A DNA stretch of 64,000 bases from Clostridium sp. 26_21 (GCA_001915995.1 MNRO01000008.1:44099-108098), one strand, 5' to 3'. Positions 38,406-48,425 are shown, counted from the first letter of the stretch. Notes: generated by a model not told the origin, from the sequence alone. Translations and numbers: made by a program.

Positions 38406-39659
38406 ATGGAAGATAACAATAAGTACATAAAGAGACAAAGAATTTACAAAACAATAATGTTAATAGTTTTAACAGCATTTGTTACAAGTATATTAACAAC
38501 AATATATGTAACAGATAGAAATAATACAACAACAGGTGAAAACAATAATTCTATATTAAGTAATTTAACTAGTGATACTAATTTATCTAAATCATTAAAA
38601 AGTATAGAAAGGACTATTAAAAGTAAATATTTAAATGCAACAGATATTGATGAAACAAAAGCAATAGATGGAGCAATAGAAGGATATGTTAATTCATTAG
38701 GAGATGAATATACTGAATATATACCAGCAGATAAAATGAAAGAATATACTGAAACAATAATGGGAAATTTTGTTGGGATAGGTATATACATGATAAAAAA
38801 TACTGAACAAAATTTAGTTCAAGTACTTTCACCAATAAGAGAAAGCCCTGCTGAAAAAGCAGGAATAAAAGCAGGAGATTTAATAAAAAAAGTAAATGGT
38901 GTTGAATATACAGCAGATCAAATGACAGAAATGGCAAATACAATAAAAGGTGAAGAAGGAACTAAAGTATCTCTTGAAATATTAAGAGATGATCAAACTT
39001 TAACATTTGAAGTAGAAAGAGCAAAAGTAAATACAAATCCAGTGTATTCATATAAATTTGACAATGATATGGGATATTTAGGAATATCAAGTTTTGATGA
39101 AGGTGTAGCAGAGGATTTTAAAGCAAAATATTTATCATTAAAAGAACAAGGAATAACAGGATTGATTATAGATTTAAGAGATAATGGTGGAGGTCTTGTA
39201 GACGAAGCTCTTAAAATTGTTGATTACATTGTTCCAAAAAATCAAACAGTACTAATAACAGTTGATAAAGATGGAAAAGAAGAAATTACAAAATCAAAAG
39301 AAGATAAATTAATTGATGAGCCAGTAGTAGTATTAGTAAATGCAAGTTCTGCAAGTGCTTCTGAAATAATGGCAGGAGCTTTAAAAGATTTAAATGCAGC
39401 AAAAATTGTAGGAACAAAAACATATGGAAAAGGTGTAATTCAACAACTTTTAACATTAACTAATGGAGCAGGATTAAAAATAACAATTGAAGAATACTAT
39501 ACACCAAATAAAACTAAAATAAATAAAGTAGGAATAACTCCTGATTATGAAATATTATTAGAAACAAGTGTAACAGGGTTACCAACAGACACAAATGATA
39601 CTCAATTAAATAAAGCAAAAGAAGTGTTAAATAAAGAAATAGAAAGTATGAAACAATAA
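38406..39659 (+). CDS. S41 C-terminal processing peptidase (CtpA/CtpB-like) with a PDZ domain
   Basis: N-terminal TM, a PDZ domain, the DLRDNGGGLVDEA tail-specific protease motif, and catalytic Ser/Lys regions. Confidence 0.88.
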   Translation: MEDNNKYIKRQRIYKTIMLIVLTAFVTSILTTIYVTDRNNTTTGENNNSILSNLTSDTNLSKSLKSIERTIKSKYLNATDIDETKAIDGAIEGYVNSLGDEYTEYIPADKMKEYTETIMGNFVGIGIYMIKNTEQNLVQVLSPIRESPAEKAGIKAGDLIKKVNGVEYTADQMTEMANTIKGEEGTKVSLEILRDDQTLTFEVERAKVNTNPVYSYKFDNDMGYLGISSFDEGVAEDFKAKYLSLKEQGITGLIIDLRDNGGGLVDEALKIVDYIVPKNQTVLITVDKDGKEEITKSKEDKLIDEPVVVLVNASSASASEIMAGALKDLNAAKIVGTKTYGKGVIQQLLTLTNGAGLKITIEEYYTPNKTKINKVGITPDYEILLETSVTGLPTDTNDTQLNKAKEVLNKEIESMKQ

Positions 39660-39661
39660 AA

Positions 39662-39694
39662 GATATAAGCTACATTTTATTGTAGCTTATATTT
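39662..39694 (+). terminator. rho-independent terminator
   Basis: ATAAGCTACA-ttttat-TGTAGCTTAT followed by ATTT. Confidence 0.6.
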
Positions 39695-39714
39695 AATTGA
39701 AAGGATATGTAAAT

Positions 39715-40368
39715 ATGAAAATGAATTTGGCTAATAAATTAACAATATTTAGAATAATACTAGTACCAATTATGATGTTAATCCCTATAATTGATAATAT
39801 ATGTGGAATTTCAGGAGAATTTTTGGGAATATCTACATCATTTTGGATAATGAATGTAATATTTATTATAGCATCAATAACAGATAAACTAGATGGTTAT
39901 ATTGCAAGAAGCAGAAATCAAGTAACAACATTTGGAAAGTTTTTAGACCCATTAGCAGATAAAATTTTAGTATTATCAGCATTGATAATACTGGTAGAAT
40001 ATGGAAAAATACCATCATGGATTCCAATCATAGTATTAGCTAGAGAATTCATAGTATCTGGTTATAGATTACTAGCTGTAGAAAAAGGTGGAAAGGTTAT
40101 CGCAGCATCAATATGGGGAAAATTAAAGACAGTTACACAAATGGTGGGAATAATATGTGCATTTGTAGATAAATTTAAATTTGGAGATTTTATATTTAGA
40201 GTTGCAACTCCAGAGAAAGCACAAATTTATTCTGCAAGCATATATATGACATCTGGACAATTTATAGTAAACATATTATCAACAGTAATATTAACATTAG
40301 CTGTGATAGCAACAATATTTTCAGGAATCAATTATTTAAAAGATGGAAAAGATTTATTTAAAGACTAA
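39715..40368 (+). CDS. pgsA: CDP-diacylglycerol--glycerol-3-phosphate 3-phosphatidyltransferase
   Basis: CDP-alcohol phosphatidyltransferase motif DKLDGYIAR...G...LDPLADK. The N-terminus MNLANKLTIFRI is typical of PgsA. The start could be 39715 or 39721. Confidence 0.85.
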   Translation: MKMNLANKLTIFRIILVPIMMLIPIIDNICGISGEFLGISTSFWIMNVIFIIASITDKLDGYIARSRNQVTTFGKFLDPLADKILVLSALIILVEYGKIPSWIPIIVLAREFIVSGYRLLAVEKGGKVIAASIWGKLKTVTQMVGIICAFVDKFKFGDFIFRVATPEKAQIYSASIYMTSGQFIVNILSTVILTLAVIATIFSGINYLKDGKDLFKD

Positions 40369-40384
40369 AAACTGGAAAAACTAT

Positions 40385-40412
40385 TGACAAAATGCAAAAA
40401 ATAATGTAATAT
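40385..40412 (+). promoter_or_regulatory. sigma-A promoter of greA
   Basis: TTGACA, a 16-nt spacer, then TAATAT. Confidence 0.55.
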
Positions 40413-40491
40413 ACTACATAAACTAAAAACATTATAAAATGTTTTAACAATATAAAAATATATTTATGCATAAGAAAGGATTGCGATTTTT

Positions 40492-40968
40492 ATGGAAGAA
40501 AAAGAAGTAATATTAACACAAGAAGGATATGATAAAATAGAAAAAGAATTAGAGTTTTTAAGAACAGAAAAAAGAACTGAAATAGCTGAAAGAATAAAAG
40601 TTGCATTAGGATTCGGAGACTTATCAGAAAATTCAGAATATGATGAAGCAAAAACAGCACAGGCAGAGAATGAAGGAAAGATAGCAGAACTAGAAAATAA
40701 AATTAGACATGCAAGAATAATTGATGAAAAAGAAATTGATACAAAAACAGTTCAAATAGGAAATACAGTTAAATTATATGATGTAGAATTTGAAGAAGAA
40801 GTTGAATATACAATAGTTGGTTCAACAGAAGTAAATTTAGCAGAAAATAAAATATCAAATGAATCACCAATTGGAAAAGCATTATTAGGAGCCAAAAAAG
40901 GAAGTACAGTAGAAGTTAATGCACCAGCAGGAGTTATTAAATATCAAATATTATCAATAACAAAATAA
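40492..40968 (+). CDS. greA: transcription elongation factor GreA
   Basis: 158-aa protein with an N-terminal coiled coil and a C-terminal FKBP-like domain. [16 protein letters not shown] start. Confidence 0.92.
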   Translation: MEEKEVILTQEGYDKIEKELEFLRTEKRTEIAERIKVALGFGDLSENSEYDEAKTAQAENEGKIAELENKIRHARIIDEKEIDTKTVQIGNTVKLYDVEFEEEVEYTIVGSTEVNLAENKISNESPIGKALLGAKKGSTVEVNAPAGVIKYQILSITK

Positions 40969-40972
40969 TTTT

Positions 40973-41010
40973 AAAAATGTCAAATATTTGTTTGACATTT
41001 TTTTTTATTT
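40973..41010 (+). terminator. rho-independent terminator after greA
   Basis: AAAATGTCAAA-tatttg-TTTGACATTT followed by TTTTTTTAT. Confidence 0.8.
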
Positions 41011-41026
41011 ATGATAATATTAAGGC

Positions 41027-41040
41027 GTAAAAAGCAGAAT
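41027..41040 (+). promoter_or_regulatory. weak candidate LexA autoregulatory box
   Basis: AGAATAAATGTTTT: GAAT-N4-GTTT, a degenerate Cheo box, just upstream of the lexA RBS. Confidence 0.25.
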
Positions 41041-41068
41041 AAATGTTTTGAAAGGAAGAAGTGATAAA

Positions 41069-41716
41069 ATGGGAACAAGAGCTGAAACTACAAAAAAGGA
41101 AAAAGCAATATTAAAATTTATAGAAACACAAGTATTAGAAAATGGTTATCCACCATCAGTAAGAGAAATAGGAAAAGCAATAGGATTAAGCTCAACTGCA
41201 ACAGTACATGCATATCTTGAAAAATTAGAAAAAGATGGGTACATAAAAAAAGAAGATAAAAAAGGAAGAACACTAAAAATTATTAAAGGAGCAAATGGAG
41301 AACCATATGTAAAGTCAACAAAAGATTTTTATGTACAAAAAGAATTAGTTGATGTACCAGTTATAGGAAGAATAACAGCAGGTCAACCAATATTAGCAGT
41401 AGAAAATGTAACAGATACATTTCCAATTCCAATTGATTTTGTAGGAAACAGTGAAAGCTTTATGTTGACAGTAAGAGGAGAAAGTATGATAGAGGCTGGA
41501 ATTTTAGATGGTGACTATATATTAGTAAAAAAACAAAGTAATGCAGATAATGGTGAAATAGTAGTTGCACTAATAGGAGATGAAGCAACAGTAAAAACTT
41601 TTTATAAAGAAAAAGATTATATACGTTTACAACCAGAAAACCATACAATGGATCCAATAATAGTTCCAGATTGCAAAATATTAGGAAAGGTAGCTGGAGT
41701 TTTTAGAAAAATGTAA
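41069..41716 (+). CDS. lexA: SOS repressor LexA
   Basis: N-terminal wHTH ([34 protein letters not shown]). C-terminal S24 peptidase with the AGQP cleavage-site region (ITAGQPILA), catalytic Ser (RGESM) and Lys (TVKTF). Start ATG 41069 follows AAAGGAAG. Confidence 0.92.
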   Translation: MGTRAETTKKEKAILKFIETQVLENGYPPSVREIGKAIGLSSTATVHAYLEKLEKDGYIKKEDKKGRTLKIIKGANGEPYVKSTKDFYVQKELVDVPVIGRITAGQPILAVENVTDTFPIPIDFVGNSESFMLTVRGESMIEAGILDGDYILVKKQSNADNGEIVVALIGDEATVKTFYKEKDYIRLQPENHTMDPIIVPDCKILGKVAGVFRKM

Positions 41717-41744
41717 TAAGAAAAAATTAATATAAAATAGCAGG

Positions 41745-41777
41745 AAAAATCTTGCTATTTTATTGTTGATATAATAT
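41745..41777 (+). terminator. rho-independent terminator after lexA
   Basis: ATAGCAGG-aaaaat-CTTGCTAT followed by TTTATTGTT. Confidence 0.7.
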
Positions 41778-41810
41778 AATTAAGAAAAAAATTAAGGAGA
41801 GAGCAAATAA

Positions 41811-43511
41811 ATGAAGCACAGAAATGATCTAAAAATCAAAATAGATAAAGAGCCAAAAAAAGAAAGCCTCTTAAAAAGAGTTATTATAATAGCAATATTA
41901 CTAATTATAATAATTTTTGTTTTAAATAAAGCTGAGAACTATTTAAGAGAAAAAACAGCAAATGAAATTAACTTAGTTTTAAATAATAAAAATGTAACAG
42001 CAAATTTAAAACATGAGATAATAGAAGAAAATGGAAATATATATATGTCATTAGAAGATGTAAAAAATTATTTTGATAAATACATATATATAGAAGATGA
42101 AATAAATGAAATCATAACTACTTATGATAAACAAATTGCAAGCATAGGATTTGACACAAATAAACTTACATTAAATGGATCAACGAAAAAAATATATGCA
42201 CATGCAATAAAAAAAGAAGATATAATATATATGCCAATTGTTGAAATGAAAGATGTGTATAATTTAGAAACAACAGTTATTGAAAAAAATGTAATATTAG
42301 ATTCATTAACAAGAAAACAAGTTAAAGCATATGCAAAATCAAAAGTATCAGTTAAATGGAAAGCAGATTTCTTCTCAAAAACAGTTGATAAAATTGAAAA
42401 AGGAGATATGATAATAATAATAGAAGAAAAAGATGGATGGACTAAAATTAGAACTGAAAATGGAAATGTAGGATATGTAAAAACAAATAAACTTGCAAAT
42501 TATACAACAGTAAGAGATGATTGGGAAGAAGAAAAACAAATAACAGGAAAAGTAAATATGTTTTGGGATTATTACTCAAAATATGTACAAGCACCAGATA
42601 GAATAGGTCAAGTAATAGAAGGCGTAAATGTAGTATCACCAACTTTTTTCTATATAGATTCTAATGGGAATTTAAAAAATAAAATAGGAGAATCAGGAAA
42701 AAAATATATAGAATGGGCCCATTCAAATGGATATAAAGTTTGGCCAGCTATACAAAATGATGAAGCTGGAATAAAAGTAACATCAACAATATTAAATAGT
42801 TATACTAAAAGACAAGAATTAATTGAAAATATAGTTGAAGCATGTGTAGAATATCAATTAGATGGAATAAATATAGATTTTGAAAATATGTATCAAGCAG
42901 ATAAAGATAAATTTTCAAGATTTATAATAGAACTAGATCCAAGAATGAAAGAATTAGGAGTAGTATTATCTGTTGATGTAACTGCACCAGATGGAGATGC
43001 TAATTGGTCATTATGTTATGACAGAAATGTAATTGGACATGTTGCAGATTATTTAATATTTATGGCATATGATCAGTATGGGGCTTCAAGTACAAAAGCT
43101 GGTACTACAGCAGGATATAATTGGGTAGAAACAAATTTAAAGAAAATTATTGAATATGATGAAGTAAAATCAGAAAAAATTATTTTAGCATTACCATTTT
43201 ACACAAGACAATGGAAAGTAAATTCAAGTGGAGAATTAGTAGGAAAGCCATCTGTAGTAAGTATGTTAAATGTAAAAATTCCAAATGGAGTTGAAAAACA
43301 ATGGAATGAAGATTTGCAACAATATTATATTGAATATGCAGATGGAAAAGATACTGTAAAAATGTGGATTGAAGATGGAACATCAATTACAGCCAAAGTT
43401 TCATTAGTTTCAAAATATGGATTAGGTGGAACATCTGGCTGGAGAAAAGATATGGAAACATCTAATGTATGGACAATAATTAATACAGAATTACAAAAAA
43501 CTTCAAAATAA
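41811..43511 (+). CDS. membrane-anchored SH3b + glycoside hydrolase family 18 protein (SleL/YdhD-like cortex hydrolase candidate)
   Basis: N-terminal TM helix. An SH3-like segment (GDMIIIIEEKDGWTKIRTENGNVGYVKTNKL). A GH18 domain with the DGINIDFE catalytic motif. Confidence 0.75.
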   Translation: MKHRNDLKIKIDKEPKKESLLKRVIIIAILLIIIIFVLNKAENYLREKTANEINLVLNNKNVTANLKHEIIEENGNIYMSLEDVKNYFDKYIYIEDEINEIITTYDKQIASIGFDTNKLTLNGSTKKIYAHAIKKEDIIYMPIVEMKDVYNLETTVIEKNVILDSLTRKQVKAYAKSKVSVKWKADFFSKTVDKIEKGDMIIIIEEKDGWTKIRTENGNVGYVKTNKLANYTTVRDDWEEEKQITGKVNMFWDYYSKYVQAPDRIGQVIEGVNVVSPTFFYIDSNGNLKNKIGESGKKYIEWAHSNGYKVWPAIQNDEAGIKVTSTILNSYTKRQELIENIVEACVEYQLDGINIDFENMYQADKDKFSRFIIELDPRMKELGVVLSVDVTAPDGDANWSLCYDRNVIGHVADYLIFMAYDQYGASSTKAGTTAGYNWVETNLKKIIEYDEVKSEKIILALPFYTRQWKVNSSGELVGKPSVVSMLNVKIPNGVEKQWNEDLQQYYIEYADGKDTVKMWIEDGTSITAKVSLVSKYGLGGTSGWRKDMETSNVWTIINTELQKTSK

Positions 43512-43545
43512 AAGAAACGGAAAATTTCCGTTTCTTTTATTGTTG
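43511..43545 (+). terminator. rho-independent terminator
   Basis: AAAGAAACGGA-aaat-TCCGTTTCTT followed by TTATTGTT. Confidence 0.8.
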
Positions 43546-43653
43546 GTTTTGGTGTAAATTTTCTATGAAAAGCCTTGTCAAAAAGCAATAAAAAAGATAT
43601 AATGAAGATGAACTAGGTGTCAACAATAAAAGAAAAGAGAGGAGCGATTTTTT

Positions 43654-44178
43654 ATGAAAATAAAAATTACAGGAAAAGAACTTAAGATAACAGATGCAAT
43701 AAACGATTATGCAGAAAAGAAAATGGAAAGGATAGAAAAATACTTTGAAAATGCTGAAGCTGAAATAATAGCAAAAGTTGAAAAAAATTATCAAATAGCA
43801 GAAATCAAAGTAATTGCTAATGGAGAAACATTTAGAGCAGTTGCTGAAGAAAAAGACTTATATGCATCTATAGATAAAGATATAGATATAATAGAAGGAC
43901 AAATTAGAAAAGCAAAAACCAAAAGAGAAAAAATGCAAAAAGATTCAAGCTTAAAAGACTTAAATGCACAAACAATAGTACATGAAGTAGAAGATGAAAT
44001 TTTAAAAGTAGAATACTATGAAATAAAACCAATGACACCAGAAGATGCAAAATTAAAATTAGAAGAAAGACCAAGTCAAATGTTCTTAACATTTGTTAAC
44101 CAAGAAAGTGGTAAAGTAAATGTTATCCATAGATTAAAAGATGGTAAAAACTTTGGTTTAATAGAACCAGAAGCATAA
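43654..44178 (+). CDS. hpf: ribosome hibernation-promoting factor, long form
   Basis: 174-aa protein. The N-terminal RaiA/YfiA domain reads KIKITGKELKITDAINDYAEKKMERIEKYF. The C-terminal dimerisation domain is present. The upstream promoter is TTGTCA-N17-TATAAT. Confidence 0.9.
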   Translation: MKIKITGKELKITDAINDYAEKKMERIEKYFENAEAEIIAKVEKNYQIAEIKVIANGETFRAVAEEKDLYASIDKDIDIIEGQIRKAKTKREKMQKDSSLKDLNAQTIVHEVEDEILKVEYYEIKPMTPEDAKLKLEERPSQMFLTFVNQESGKVNVIHRLKDGKNFGLIEPEA

Positions 44179-44183
44179 ATAAT

Positions 44184-44225
44184 AAAGTAGACCTCTATTT
44201 AAGGTCTACTTTATTATTTATTTTA
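44184..44225 (+). terminator. rho-independent terminator after hpf
   Basis: AAGTAGACC-loop-GGTCTACTT followed by TATTATTTATTTT. Confidence 0.75.
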
Positions 44226-44292
44226 GAGCATATATGAATAATAAAAATATCTGTTTTTTGATGTGATATAGAATTCATACTAAAAGTTATAT

Positions 44293-45999
44293 TTAGGGAG
44301 TTACAAATATTGTTTTATTATTTGTAAAAATAACCATTCCTGGTTTTGCATTATTTGGCTTTTTTATAAATTGAACTTTACAATAGTCTACAGGTACATT
44401 TGAAGAAAATTTTGCTTTACTATGTTGAACAGCAATTTTAGCACATTTTACTAAAGTATCATCAGAAACATTAGAGCCAGATGATTTTATAATAACATGG
44501 CCTCCTTGAATATCTTTAGTATGAAGCCATATATCAGATTTATTTGCAAATACAAATGTAAGCCAATCATTTTCTTTGTTATTTTTTCCAACATATACAT
44601 CAAAATTATCAATTTTTAAATGAAGAGGTGAATAGTTTTTTGTTTTCTTCTTTGATATTTTCTCTTTTTTCTTCTTATTGGAAGATTTATTTTTTAAAAT
44701 ACCATTTTCAGATATTTCTTCAAATATATCTTGAATTTCATCTATATTTGATGCTGATTCTAATTCATATATAATGCTTTCAATATAATTTAGTTCACTT
44801 TCTGTTTCTATTTTTTGATTATAAACTATTTGAGAGGCATTTTTTAATTTATTATATTTTTTAAAATACATTTTTGCATTTATATTAGGAGAATATCTAA
44901 TATCTAAAGGAATAGAAATTAAATTATTATTATCATAATAATTTTCTAATTCAATTGAAGTTTTATGAATATTTGATAGTTTATATAAATTAGATGTAAT
45001 TAATTCTCCATATAATCTGTATTTATCTTTTTCATTACAATCTTTTAGCTTATTATTAATACTAATTAATCGATTATTATATTTTTTTTGCTGTTCTAAA
45101 ATTAATTTTAAAATATTATTCTTATAATTAGAAAATGTTTCAAATTTTTCTCTATTAAAATAAAAATTGTCTATAAAATCATTTAATTCAAACTTATGAG
45201 TAATATCAGTATTTAATGTTAATACATAATCTGAAAGTTTTTCATTTTTATAAATTTCTTTAAATTTTAAATTAGAAGAAGATAATATATTTTCTAAATT
45301 TTTTTGAAAAACTTCGATATTTTTATTTGAAATAGTTGTTATTGAGCAATCTTCTAATATATTTTTTATAAAAGAAGTACTAAAACCAGTAAAAGTATTA
45401 GCAAATAATTTTGAAAATTCATTTGCTGGAAGTGGAAGAGTGTTTGAAAATATATCACATAAACTAGTAAGTTGAGTATAATCTAATTTGTTAGATGTTG
45501 GAAATGTATAGAGTCTAGAAGGTAATATATCTCTATAAGAAGAATCTATTGCTACAATATGTCTTAAAGAGTCAATTATAATTTTTTTATTATTTACCAA
45601 AATTATATTGCTATGTTTTCCCATAAGCTCTATAATTAAACTTTTAGTTTCAATTTCATTAAAATCATTTATTATATCAATATCTATTTTTATTAATCTT
45701 TCGAAACCAAAAGTTTCAATATTTGATATTTTACCACTAATTAAATGTTTCCTAAGTAACATACAAAAATTAGGTGCTATAAGTGGATTGTTTTTTTGCT
45801 TTGTTGTTAGATTAATTCTACAATTATGTGCATCTATACAAATATTCAAATTGAAATGTGTAAAATTAGAATAAATTCCTAGAATAATAGTGTTTTTATC
45901 AGGTTGATATATTTTATCTATTTTTCCATTAATTAAATCAAATTTAAATTCTTTTGTTAATACATGTGCAACAATTCCATCAAATGCCATTTCTATCAT
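44293..45999 (-). CDS. rqcH: NFACT-family ribosome quality-control protein RqcH (Rqc2 homolog; FbpA/YloA family)
   Basis: 568-aa protein with an N-terminal NFACT-N domain, a coiled-coil middle and a C-terminal NFACT-R domain. MAFDGIVAHVLTKEF start. Confidence 0.82.
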   Translation of the reverse strand: MIEMAFDGIVAHVLTKEFKFDLINGKIDKIYQPDKNTIILGIYSNFTHFNLNICIDAHNCRINLTTKQKNNPLIAPNFCMLLRKHLISGKISNIETFGFERLIKIDIDIINDFNEIETKSLIIELMGKHSNIILVNNKKIIIDSLRHIVAIDSSYRDILPSRLYTFPTSNKLDYTQLTSLCDIFSNTLPLPANEFSKLFANTFTGFSTSFIKNILEDCSITTISNKNIEVFQKNLENILSSSNLKFKEIYKNEKLSDYVLTLNTDITHKFELNDFIDNFYFNREKFETFSNYKNNILKLILEQQKKYNNRLISINNKLKDCNEKDKYRLYGELITSNLYKLSNIHKTSIELENYYDNNNLISIPLDIRYSPNINAKMYFKKYNKLKNASQIVYNQKIETESELNYIESIIYELESASNIDEIQDIFEEISENGILKNKSSNKKKKEKISKKKTKNYSPLHLKIDNFDVYVGKNNKENDWLTFVFANKSDIWLHTKDIQGGHVIIKSSGSNVSDDTLVKCAKIAVQHSKAKFSSNVPVDYCKVQFIKKPNNAKPGMVIFTNNKTIFVTP

Positions 46000-46084
46000 T
46001 CCTTATAAAATAAATTTAGATTAAAAAATCTATGATATCTATAATATCATAAATATTAGTTATTGTAAATTAAAATAATAATAC

Positions 46085-46645
46085 TTATTTTAAATAATCT
46101 AAAGGATTTTCGTATTTGTCATTAATTCTGAAACCAATATGAAGATGGCAACCTGTTGTAGCACCATTTGTAGGTTTTCCATTAGCGGAATCAAAATAGT
46201 TATTTCCAACAACACCATATACATATTTAGGTCCTACATTTCCAATTATTTGTCCTTTTTTTACATGGTCTCCAACAGAAACTATAAAAATAGGTGAAAC
46301 ATGACAATATGAAATTTTTATATTATTATTAGTTAATGTTATTGTATAACCACCTCCACCAAGAAAACCTGTAAATGTTATAATTCCATCACAAACAGCT
46401 AATAGTCTTGTTCCTTCAGGGGCTGGAATGTCAGTTCCTTTATGAAATGAAGATGCTCCAGCCGTAGGAGAAATTCTTTTGCCAAAAGGAGAGGAAATAA
46501 TTGTATATCCAGGAATTGGCCATATATATTCTGAAGTATTTAATGAAATCGAAGGAGTTTCAGAAATCGAATTAAATAATATTGGAATAAATAAAATAGA
46601 TATTAAAAATAAATAAGATATAAGAAAAAATACTATTTTTTTCAA
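46085..46645 (-). CDS. small membrane-anchored M23 metallopeptidase
   Basis: TM helix, then a LytM domain (FHKGTDIPAPEGT...GGGGYTITL...GATTGCHLHIGFR). Confidence 0.8.
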   Translation of the reverse strand: MKKIVFFLISYLFLISILFIPILFNSISETPSISLNTSEYIWPIPGYTIISSPFGKRISPTAGASSFHKGTDIPAPEGTRLLAVCDGIITFTGFLGGGGYTITLTNNNIKISYCHVSPIFIVSVGDHVKKGQIIGNVGPKYVYGVVGNNYFDSANGKPTNGATTGCHLHIGFRINDKYENPLDYLK

Positions 46646-46729
46646 TAAAAAAGTTCCTTTCTAAAAATATAGAATAAAAATAAAAAGAGAATAGAAAAAT
46701 TACTATTCTCTTCAAGATGATATGTTTAT

Positions 46730-46804
46730 TGGCAGGGGTACTAGGATTCGAACCCAGACAAGCGGTTTTGGAGACCGATGTGCTACCATTGACACTATGC
46801 CCCT
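46730..46804 (-). tRNA. tRNA-Trp (anticodon CCA)
   Basis: The reverse complement reads AGGGGCATAGTGTCAATGGTAGCACATCGGTCTCCAAAACCGCTTGTCTGGGTTCGAATCCTAGTACCCCTGCCA, close to Bacillus tRNA-Trp. Anticodon loop CTCCAAA. A C-A mismatch in the acceptor stem and a U-C mismatch at 27-43 are noted. Confidence 0.7.
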
Positions 46805-46898
46805 AAGTCAATTTACTTAAATATATTAACACATATTAAAAAAAATTACAAGGGATTTTTGAAAAAAAAATAAAAAGGTCATTTTATTGACCTTTTAT

Positions 46899-48296
46899 TT
46901 AAAAACTAGATTTTTTAGATTTATAAGCAAATATAATAGTAGAAAAAGTTGTAATTGCAAAAAGTCCAATTAATATAGGAGTACCTGTTTTTGGTAATTC
47001 TTCAGATGATTTTGTATCATCTTTTTTTGGCTCAACAGGTTTTGTTTCTGATTGCTCAATTTTTGTGAGTTTTATTTTTGGAGAAACATTAGAAGTTTTT
47101 GTTTGTTTATTACTATCAAAATCTTTAAAATCTATATCAACTTTTTGATTTGTATTTAAAATTTCTCCGATTATCTTTTCATTAAATTCATTTTTTAAAG
47201 TTAATGTATATTGTATACTTATTGATTTTCCAGCCTCTAATTTTGGAATAGTCCAAGTTATACTATTTGTTTCTTTATCAATTGATGTTGAAATCTTTGA
47301 AGTATCAGTTCCTTGAACATATGCCATATTAAAATTTTCTATAATTTCTTTAGGAAAATAATCTACAACAGTTATATCAGTTAATGTTTTAGAAATAGGA
47401 ACTAAATTAGAATAAATTTCTTCTTTGATAGTTTTTTCTATTTCATTATCATGTATTTTATAAAATTTGCCAACTGTAGGTTTTTCTTCTGTTCCAAAAA
47501 CACCTTCAATAACTTGACCATATGTATAAGAATTTGTACCATCTGTTCTAACAGTAGCTTTTTCATCATCTATACCAGTTAAAAGTGAAATTACATTAAT
47601 ATTTTTTAATGATAATAATGTTTCTTTTGTTGTAGAAATTACTTTTTCTAAAGCTTCAATTTTAACTAAATCTGAATTTCCAACATTCATATTTGGTACA
47701 CCATCTGTTAAAACAATTATGTATTTATTATTTTTTTCAGCTGTGAAAGTCTTTTGAGCTAATTTTAAACCAGCATCTAAATCAGTATAAGCTCCAGTTC
47801 CTTCAATTGCAGAAATTTTTGTTTTTAAAGTTTTTAAATCATTTGTAAATGTAGTTACTAGTTGAGCATCTTTTTCAGTTCCCATTTCTGATTGTTCTTG
47901 ACTTGCAGAAAATGTTACAACACCAATTTTTAGAGTAGAAGAGTTAATTGATAATAGATTTTCAACAAGTTTATTAGCTGAATTTAAGACTAATTCTTTT
48001 CTTGTTGTTGTATCAGTTACTTTTGTATTCATACTATCAGAACTATCTATAACTAGCATTAATTCTCCTTCTGGCAATTCATTAATTGCATTATTATTAA
48101 TTTGTAATTGTAGTGTTACTTGTTTTTTATCTAATTCTGAACTTATAATTTTTTTTTCAAACTTTGAGTTTTCATTTAGTTCAATATTACATATATTATT
48201 TTCAACAATTTCCATTTTTACTGGTGTTGAGGCAAAAACAGTTGTTGAAATTAATATTAATAGCAAACATGATGCTATTGAAATTTTCTTTTTCAT
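46899..48296 (-). CDS. von Willebrand factor A domain surface protein with an LPXTG anchor
   Basis: Signal peptide. vWA with a MIDAS motif (DSSDSM...T...TDG). C-terminal LPKTG, then a hydrophobic stretch, then KSKKSSF. Confidence 0.8.
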   Translation of the reverse strand: MKKKISIASCLLLILISTTVFASTPVKMEIVENNICNIELNENSKFEKKIISSELDKKQVTLQLQINNNAINELPEGELMLVIDSSDSMNTKVTDTTTRKELVLNSANKLVENLLSINSSTLKIGVVTFSASQEQSEMGTEKDAQLVTTFTNDLKTLKTKISAIEGTGAYTDLDAGLKLAQKTFTAEKNNKYIIVLTDGVPNMNVGNSDLVKIEALEKVISTTKETLLSLKNINVISLLTGIDDEKATVRTDGTNSYTYGQVIEGVFGTEEKPTVGKFYKIHDNEIEKTIKEEIYSNLVPISKTLTDITVVDYFPKEIIENFNMAYVQGTDTSKISTSIDKETNSITWTIPKLEAGKSISIQYTLTLKNEFNEKIIGEILNTNQKVDIDFKDFDSNKQTKTSNVSPKIKLTKIEQSETKPVEPKKDDTKSSEELPKTGTPILIGLFAITTFSTIIFAYKSKKSSF

Positions 48297-48384
48297 AAAA
48301 AATCTTCCTTTCTTCTTAATGTATCAGTAATATTTTAATATATTAAAAAGAAAAATGCAATAGAAATATAAGGTTTTATATAGC

Positions 48385-48412
48385 CAAAAAGGTCCATTTA
48401 GGACCTTTTTTA
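48385..48412. terminator. bidirectional hairpin
   Basis: AAAAAGGTCC-attta-GGACCTTTTTT. Confidence 0.55.
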
Positions 48413-48425
48413 TATGTCTAAAGGA

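Noticed and set aside
45608-45874. 88-aa plus-strand ORF antisense to rqcH
   Set aside because: No RBS. It is embedded in a conserved NFACT-domain gene.
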